Below are positions 26,302-32,000 of a DNA stretch of 32,000 nucleotides, in pieces. This DNA comes from Candidatus Jordarchaeales archaeon (GTDB lineage: Archaea; Asgardarchaeota; Jordiarchaeia; Jordiarchaeales; Freyrarchaeaceae). Each line of letters begins with the position of its first letter. Positions within the stretch are counted from its first letter, which is position 1. The notes below the pieces were generated by a model. It saw only the letters and a program-made list of their open reading frames with translations. It was not told where the DNA came from and searched no databases. The stretch is from assembly GCA_038889235.1 (NCBI GenBank), contig JAWAHN010000001.1, positions 614,499 to 646,498 on the forward strand. The letters are read 5' to 3'. The translations under genes were made by a program, and so were the position numbers.

Positions 26302-27462
26302 TTACATTCCTATTTTTGAGAGGGTGTCCATACTTCGTACTTTTCCCACTAATTTTGAAACCCCAGGGTCAACTCTCCTCAAGAGGGCTAAATAAAACGC
26401 TTGCCACTCTAAAGGTACTGCGTACAGTGGAGGGGAGAGGAAGTTTTCTATAATGCCGTCTGGGAATGGTATTTTTTCGTCGATCTCCTGAGGGGAGACT
26501 TCGAGTATTTTCTCTGTTCCCGCATGTCGCATCCAAAGGTGTTTAATGAACTGGGAGGTTTTCAGAGATTTTGCCTGGTTTGGGGGCTTAAGTATTATGA
26601 GCGGTTTTTTGTCTCTGTTCTCTTCCTCAAGCGTCTCGATTAACGAGTGCACGAATTCCTCCATTCTTACGTCACAGGCATCTGCTTTGACTCCTTCCAT
26701 AAGCATTATGAGCGCGTGCTTTCTAGCTATGGGATATCTTGGCCCGTCACCCATCACATAGAACATTTTGTCAACGTACTTGAACCCCCACTCTGCCGCA
26801 CTTTTACCCCACTCGAGTACTTTGTCAGACTTACTTAATTTGTCAATAAGGTCAGGTATAGTCTTGGTCTGCAATTCCAACGCTTTTTCGATTTCGGCAT
26901 CACGCTGAGAAAAAGCAAGCAGTTCCAGCAAAAGGATGTTTAGAAGCGCTAGGGTAGCGTGAAATGTTCCAGTTGAGGGGAGAGGTTTCTCAGGGTACGG
27001 TTTAGTTCTAGTTCTAACGACAAAACCCCCCTCCTCCTCCAAGTCGAGAAGCGAGCGCCCAGAAGGCCTTTCCCACCTGTTGGTTATAGCCACGCACGTA
27101 CTACCTCTCGAAAGGCAGAGTTCCATAGCGTCTAAAGTGTCTTTAGTAGTCCCAGACTGGGAAAGAAGTATGGCGAGAGTATTTCTTCCAACCCACTTTG
27201 GGGGGTTGTCCGCCAGTGTTCTGGCGTGCAGCGTTTTTATCGGTATTTCAGAAAAATGCTCCCAAAGGTATTCTGAAATCATAGGTATCAGATACTTATC
27301 TCCCGCACCCGTCATCAAAATGTTTTTGAACTTGACACTTCCAGCAATTTCCAAAATAACTTTGTAACTTTCCTTTATAGATTGTTTAACGCTCTCTCCC
27401 TGAAGTAAGATGGCCTCTTTCATGCCTGTTGAGTCAAGTTTTTCAAGTTCTCCCCAATCCAA
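26302..27462 (-). CDS. Double SIS-domain sugar-phosphate isomerase/deaminase-like protein without a glutaminase domain
   Basis: SQSGTTKDT and ITN SIS phosphate-binding motifs, a second SIS repeat (YVMGDGPRYPIA...EEFVHS) and a GlmS-like tail (RRVDPG...VGKV). Confidence 0.75.
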   Translation of the reverse strand: MDWGELEKLDSTGMKEAILLQGESVKQSIKESYKVILEIAGSVKFKNILMTGAGDKYLIPMISEYLWEHFSEIPIKTLHARTLADNPPKWVGRNTLAILLSQSGTTKDTLDAMELCLSRGSTCVAITNRWERPSGRSLLDLEEEGGFVVRTRTKPYPEKPLPSTGTFHATLALLNILLLELLAFSQRDAEIEKALELQTKTIPDLIDKLSKSDKVLEWGKSAAEWGFKYVDKMFYVMGDGPRYPIARKHALIMLMEGVKADACDVRMEEFVHSLIETLEEENRDKKPLIILKPPNQAKSLKTSQFIKHLWMRHAGTEKILEVSPQEIDEKIPFPDGIIENFLSPPLYAVPLEWQAFYLALLRRVDPGVSKLVGKVRSMDTLSKIGM

Positions 27463-27584
27463 CCCTTCTCCTCCTCTTTAAAACGGCTTTCTTGAAATGA
27501 ACCGCTAAAATAGTTTTTAATACGACTAGTTTATAATTTCTGTGTCAGCTCCTTGGAGTGACATCTTTTTACTGGGGGGAAACT

Positions 27585-28751
27585 TTGAAGGCCGTGATTT
27601 TGGCGGCTGGAAAGGGTACAAGGATGCGGCCTCTTACTTTCACTAGGCCGAAACATATGCTACCTATAGCTGGGAAGCCGATCTTGGAGCATATAATAAA
27701 TTTCCTGCGTTTAGGGGGTATAAACGACATAGTCATAGTTGTTAGTCCTGATGGTGATTTCATAATGGATTATTTCGGTGACGGCACTCGTTTTGACGTG
27801 AACATAGAGTATGCAGAGCAAAGGAAGCCTTTAGGCCTTGCTCACGCTGTCTCTGTAGCGCGCAGTCTACTGGAGGATGAGGAGCGATTCATTACGGTTT
27901 TGGGGGATGTGCTCTTCAAACTTAACCTGAAGGACATGTTGGCTTTTCACCTTAAGAAAGAGGCTAAAGCCACCATAGCCGTTTCCGAGGTTGCGGACCC
28001 AACGCCTTTCGGCGTGGTTAAGGTTTCGGATGGCTTTAGAATAGAGAAGCTTGTTGAAAAACCAAAGATTCCGCCGTCAAACTTCATTATCGCCGGAATA
28101 TACATTTTTGAAAAGGAGTTTTGGGATTGCCTAAAGGACCTCAAACCGTCGTGGAGAGGGGAGTACGAGATCACGGATGCTATTCAACTTATGGTGGATA
28201 GAGGGTACTCTGTATACGGATACCTCACCAGGAAGTGGTGGAAAGATACCGGAAAGCCAACAGATCTCCTAGAGGCTAGTAGAAAGTTTCTCTCCGAACT
28301 CTCAGAATTTTATGTGCTGGGCGAGGTTCAGAAAAGAGCAGAAATACGTGGTCCTGTCCAGATAGGGCGCGGAACAGTAATTTATGAGGGAGCAAAAGTC
28401 TTTGGCCCCACAGTTATAGGCGAGAGGTGTGAGATTGGACCAGACTGCGTTATAGGACCTAATGTTGAAATAGGAAATGACGTTAAACTGATAGAAAAAG
28501 TTGAGCTGCGGAACACCATAGTAATGGCGCATACCCTTATATCAAACAACGTGCGATTAAGTGACAGCGTAATAGGAGAAAATTGCAAGATAGGCTCCGG
28601 CGTTAGAGCTTGCGGAGATGAGAACACGTTCGGTGTCGTAATAGGTGACAATTCCGTCATAGGTCCAGGAATTTCGTTTTCCCCTGGGAGTATGCTCGGC
28701 CCTAACTCGTCAATAAAGATAAAGTGGGAGGAGGTGGAACATGAAGGGTAA
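27585..28751 (+). CDS. Sugar-1-phosphate nucleotidyltransferase (glucose-1-P thymidylyltransferase-like) with C-terminal hexapeptide repeats
   Basis: LAAGKGTRMRPLT, KHMLPIAGKP, EQRKPLGLAHA, VEKP, PSWRGEYEITD and WKDTG, followed by left-handed beta-helix repeats. Start placed at TTG 27585 after GGGGG. Confidence 0.9.
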   Translation: MKAVILAAGKGTRMRPLTFTRPKHMLPIAGKPILEHIINFLRLGGINDIVIVVSPDGDFIMDYFGDGTRFDVNIEYAEQRKPLGLAHAVSVARSLLEDEERFITVLGDVLFKLNLKDMLAFHLKKEAKATIAVSEVADPTPFGVVKVSDGFRIEKLVEKPKIPPSNFIIAGIYIFEKEFWDCLKDLKPSWRGEYEITDAIQLMVDRGYSVYGYLTRKWWKDTGKPTDLLEASRKFLSELSEFYVLGEVQKRAEIRGPVQIGRGTVIYEGAKVFGPTVIGERCEIGPDCVIGPNVEIGNDVKLIEKVELRNTIVMAHTLISNNVRLSDSVIGENCKIGSGVRACGDENTFGVVIGDNSVIGPGISFSPGSMLGPNSSIKIKWEEVEHEG

Positions 28752-29745
28752 ACGCGTACTAGTGACTGGTGGTGCTGGTTTTATAGGTTCTCACATAGTC
28801 GACAAGTTAATTGAGAATAACGAAGTCGTAGTGCTCGACAATCTTTCAAGCGGAAAAATCAGCAACATACAACACCACTTAGGACGTGAAGGGTTCACTT
28901 TTATTAAGGGAGATATTCTTGATAAGGACACTGTTAAAGAAGCCGTTAAAGGAGTGGACGTAGTTATACATCAGGCGGCCGTGGTTGGTGTTAAAAAATA
29001 TGTCAAGAATCCTCTGAACGTGCTGACCACAAACATTTTCGGGACACATAACTTGATAGAAGAGAGTCTTAGAGAGGGCGTGGAAAGGTTCGTTTTCGCA
29101 TCAACAAGCGAGATCTACGGTAAAAATGAGAAGGTCCCATTCAAGGAGGATGGAGACAGGGTTCTTGGGGCGACAAACATTGCAAGGTGGTGTTATTCAA
29201 CTTCTAAAGCTGTGGACGAGCACTTCCTTTTCGCGTATTATGAGACTTATGGTTTTCCAATGGTTATCCTGCGTTATTTTAACATATACGGGCCTAGGCA
29301 GGAAACCAGTGATTATAGTGGAGTCATACCAATCTTCATTAGGAGGGTCTTGAGCGGCGAGCCGCCATTGATTCATGGAGATGGCAAGCAAACTAGAGCT
29401 TTTACATACATCACGGATGCTGTGGAAGCTACGGTGCTAGCTGTTAGCAACAAGAGTGCTGTGGGAGAAGCTTTTAACATTGGGAGTAAAGAAGAAGTCA
29501 CAATAGAACAACTTGCATACATGATTATAGAACTTGCAGGCAACAATTCAATTAAGCCAAAGTACATACCTTACGAAGAGTTCTACGGAAAGAGCTACGA
29601 AGACGTAAGGCGAAGAGTGCCGGATGTGGAGAAAGCCGAAAAAGTGCTCGGATTTAGAGCGAAGATACCTTTACGCGAAGGACTTAAGAAGACAATAGAG
29701 TGGTACAAAAGGTCCTTGCTTAGCGGCTCGGATATGATTCAGTAA
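28741..29745 (+). CDS. NAD-dependent nucleotide-sugar epimerase/decarboxylase (extended SDR)
   Basis: TGGAGFIGSH, STSEIYG, YxxxK (YSTSK), RYFNIYGP and RRVPD. Confidence 0.92.
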   Translation: MKGKRVLVTGGAGFIGSHIVDKLIENNEVVVLDNLSSGKISNIQHHLGREGFTFIKGDILDKDTVKEAVKGVDVVIHQAAVVGVKKYVKNPLNVLTTNIFGTHNLIEESLREGVERFVFASTSEIYGKNEKVPFKEDGDRVLGATNIARWCYSTSKAVDEHFLFAYYETYGFPMVILRYFNIYGPRQETSDYSGVIPIFIRRVLSGEPPLIHGDGKQTRAFTYITDAVEATVLAVSNKSAVGEAFNIGSKEEVTIEQLAYMIIELAGNNSIKPKYIPYEEFYGKSYEDVRRRVPDVEKAEKVLGFRAKIPLREGLKKTIEWYKRSLLSGSDMIQ

Positions 29746-29947
29746 TCTCCTTTAATATTTTCAAGGTTTCCTCGGCTTCTTCTGGCCTAATTTTTTCGAT
29801 CGCATATCCCGTATGAATCATTACATAATCGCCAACTTTAACCTCGTCGAGCAAGGTAATGTATGCTTCCCTAGTTACCCCCCCAAAGTCTACTAGCGCT
29901 TTTTCGCCACGAATCTCCAAAACCTTCGCTGGAACGCCGAGGCACAT
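29720..29947 (-). CDS. hypC: Hydrogenase maturation chaperone HypC
   Basis: MCLGVPAKV...VDFGGV...VGDYVMIHTGYAI. 75 aa from ATG 29947. Confidence 0.95.
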   Translation of the reverse strand: MCLGVPAKVLEIRGEKALVDFGGVTREAYITLLDEVKVGDYVMIHTGYAIEKIRPEEAEETLKILKEITESYPSR

Positions 29948-30001
29948 GAGGGATTCCCCTGGGGAGAACTTTCTAGTAACTGGGAGGGCATTCGGTGGCA
30001 T

Positions 30002-30595
30002 TTAAGTTTTCCCTTTACTAGGCAAGAATCTTTGCGAGATGTGTGGGTCACTCTTAGGAAGCGTTTCTAGCGCTATCTCTAAGTATGATCTAAGCTCGAA
30101 GCCTTCTACGGGGATGCCCAGCTTTTCAGCTTTAAGTAGTAACTCGTTGCGTTTAGTTTCGACCTCGCTTTCACTTTCAACGATCGTTTCGATTTCCACG
30201 AAAAAACCTATGCCGTCAACGTCGTCAAGATGTAGGAGGATTTCGTTCAGCGCGTAGGTTTTCCTGTTTTTGACTATCTTAGCCACTCGGAGGAAGCCCA
30301 GTTTTTCGAAAAGAAGTATGGTTTTAGAGAAGTTATCAACCTCGACTTTTACTTCTTCCCTAGTCTTTGACTTCGGATCAATCCTCGGACCCTTGTACGT
30401 GATTTCCGTCTTGTTTCCAACGCGTCTAACCCTCAGCGCTTCGTCTGTTAACGCAAAGTTCCTTGAAGGATGTTGGAAGTATATGTCCTCTTGGATTTCT
30501 TCGCCAACAAATACGCCACCCATAGAAGTTACCCTTGAGAGGATTTGCTCTACAGAATCCTTTGGAACCCTGTATTTGATCTCAACTTCTATCAT
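30002..30595 (-). CDS. cyaB: CYTH-domain protein (class IV adenylate cyclase CyaB-like / triphosphate tunnel enzyme)
   Basis: EVEIKY, QEDIYF, ALRVR, TYKGP, REE, KNRKTY, LDDVDGIGFFVEIE and SYLE. Confidence 0.88.
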   Translation of the reverse strand: MIEVEIKYRVPKDSVEQILSRVTSMGGVFVGEEIQEDIYFQHPSRNFALTDEALRVRRVGNKTEITYKGPRIDPKSKTREEVKVEVDNFSKTILLFEKLGFLRVAKIVKNRKTYALNEILLHLDDVDGIGFFVEIETIVESESEVETKRNELLLKAEKLGIPVEGFELRSYLEIALETLPKSDPHISQRFLPSKGKT

Positions 30596-30619
30596 TCTGC
30601 TTCCATCTCCCTTACCCAC

Positions 30620-30871
30620 TTAGGTCTCTGAAACGTTTATTCTTATGGCGCCTCTAGGGCAGGCCTCAACACACTTGTAACATGCTATGCAAAATCTTTG
30701 AAATGATGGGACAATCCTGTAATGTGTTGGTTCTTTGTTAGGTTCCCTATCTGTCGCATACCTGACGAAAACTGTGCAAGGGCATACTTCTAGACACTTT
30801 CCACAGTTTTGTGGCTCGGGACATTTGTCTTCAAACCATTCTATCGAAACCTTCACTGTCAGTTTCACCAT
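30620..30871 (-). CDS. 2x[4Fe-4S] ferredoxin-like protein
   Basis: CxxxxxCxxCxxxCP and CIACYKCVEACP. ATG 30871 follows SD GGAGG. Confidence 0.85.
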   Translation of the reverse strand: MVKLTVKVSIEWFEDKCPEPQNCGKCLEVCPCTVFVRYATDREPNKEPTHYRIVPSFQRFCIACYKCVEACPRGAIRINVSET

Positions 30872-31704
30872 TCCTCCTTCAGTCCTGGTATGCTTTCCCT
30901 TGGAACAAGAGTAATAGCGTTTTCTGGGCATGCTGCTCGGCAAACGCCGCAGCCAAAACACTTCCAAAGATCAATGTACGCCTTACCAAGTGTCGGGCGG
31001 AGCTTGGCGGCGCTGAACTGGCAACGCATCACGCAATTTCCGCAACCTATACATTTATCTAAGTCTAGCATAGCTACATAGTGCCCTTTTAACAAGTGGC
31101 GAACGTTAAAGTCGATTCTTGGTCTAAGAGCGATGCATTCTGGGTATTCGCAGTTACAAAGGGCAAACGCAAACGGGAGAGGGGTGCCAGCGATCGTGTG
31201 AACTAACCCTTTCTCGTAGCACTCGTCCAAGAAGGCTTTTGCCTCTTCTACGCTAAGAATTTCAACACCTTTTGGAGCATGATCAGGGAAAGTTCTTGCT
31301 GTTTCCCCATGAAGACCTAAAGGCATGCACATGTAAACCTTCTCATTCCTGTTCATCCACCGGCATGGACACATAACTCGATAAACTTCTCCAGAAATCT
31401 CGACAACTTTCTTCGCTTCTTCAACCGTTATTACTTGTCCAAGGTGTCCTTCAGGAAAGGAGCGAGCGCCTTCATCTTTTTGTATCATTGCTTCGATCAT
31501 CCTTTTCGTTGGTTCTGCGAGGTTTGGATCATTAATCACGTCGGACAACATTTTAGCGGCATCACCGTAAACCTTGTCGATCAATTTCCAATGGTCTAGC
31601 TCCCAAAGTTCGTAACCCAGCTCTCTTGCTAGTTTTACAGAAAGATTCCTCTCGTTCAGGTACCACTTCTTGCCTCCACCATGTTTGTAGCAAAACTTAC
31701 ACAA
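30865..31704 (-). CDS. Uncharacterised multi-Cys Fe-S protein with C-terminal 2x[4Fe-4S] domain
   Basis: N-terminal CKFC..H, central CPCR...CM, CNC..PEC, and C-terminal CIGCGNCVMRC / CFGCGVCRAACP. SD GAGGTGG. Confidence 0.85.
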   Translation of the reverse strand: MCKFCYKHGGGKKWYLNERNLSVKLARELGYELWELDHWKLIDKVYGDAAKMLSDVINDPNLAEPTKRMIEAMIQKDEGARSFPEGHLGQVITVEEAKKVVEISGEVYRVMCPCRWMNRNEKVYMCMPLGLHGETARTFPDHAPKGVEILSVEEAKAFLDECYEKGLVHTIAGTPLPFAFALCNCEYPECIALRPRIDFNVRHLLKGHYVAMLDLDKCIGCGNCVMRCQFSAAKLRPTLGKAYIDLWKCFGCGVCRAACPENAITLVPRESIPGLKEEW

Positions 31705-31867
31705 AATTCCACCTCACTTGCAGCGAGCGAACACTAGGAAATATGAAGTAGCAGTAATAAAAAGGCTTAGTTTAATCCTTGCGCCACGATATGTGAAGAG
31801 AATACTTATATACTTCTTGGAAATAATCTAAGATTCGCCTCTTTCAGTATAAAGGAGGGGAACTGAG

Positions 31868-32000
31868 ATTTCAGGGAAGAATCACGACGGAAAAATATTT
31901 CTCTTAGACCTTGACGGAACGCTTGGCTTGTCGTTGATACCCGAAGAGGACGCGATACTGGAAACGCTCGACTTCATAGCCAGTGAAGTCGCCAGACGTT
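31868..32000 (+). CDS. HAD-superfamily hydrolase, 5' fragment (runs off the window), probable ATT start
   Basis: Manual translation gives ISGKNHDGKIFLLDLDGTLGLSLIPEED..., with HAD motif I (hhhDxDGT). SD GGAGGGG at 31854-31860. In-frame TAA at 31850. Confidence 0.65.
   Translation, partial: MSGKNHDGKIFLLDLDGTLGLSLIPEEDAILETLDFIASEVARR

Noticed and set aside
1062-30623. Many antisense or alternative-frame ORFs in the track (e.g. 1062..1697, 7395..7994, 19936..20514, 22671..23627)
   Set aside because: They are shadows of well-supported genes on the opposite strand, rich in Ser/Leu/Phe and without motifs.
1-32000. tRNA, rRNA, CRISPR array, transposase or integrase
   Set aside because: No cloverleaf, regularly spaced repeats or recombinase motifs were seen. 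Intergenic gaps are all under about 300 nt.

Overview
A densely packed archaeal housekeeping window with no tRNA, rRNA, CRISPR array or recognisable mobile element. A Roadblock-like protein and a eukaryote-like CIA2/MIP18 protein suggest an Asgard archaeon, but that is inference. In order: partial elp3, gatE-gatD, an ArsR-type regulator, glmS, smc-scpA-scpB, a Roadblock-like protein, two unknown proteins, a PAC2-family protein, lysW-lysX-lysZ-lysK, an N-acyl-ornithine-type carbamoyltransferase, a CIA2/DUF59 protein, larC-larB, queC, ahcY, metG, rps19, a SIS protein, a sugar nucleotidyltransferase and SDR epimerase, hypC, a CYTH protein, two Fe-S proteins and a partial HAD hydrolase. The main observation is that gatE is interrupted by a 31-nt GC-rich insertion (768-798). 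It folds into a bulge-helix-bulge (BHB) motif whose predicted cut sites restore a 640-aa GatE exactly, so it is a candidate tRNA-endonuclease-type intron in an mRNA. Secondary observations are probable AUA/AUU start codons (queC, larB, HAD gene) and a possible LysW-linked citrulline route. All family calls come from motifs read by eye; no database search was run.
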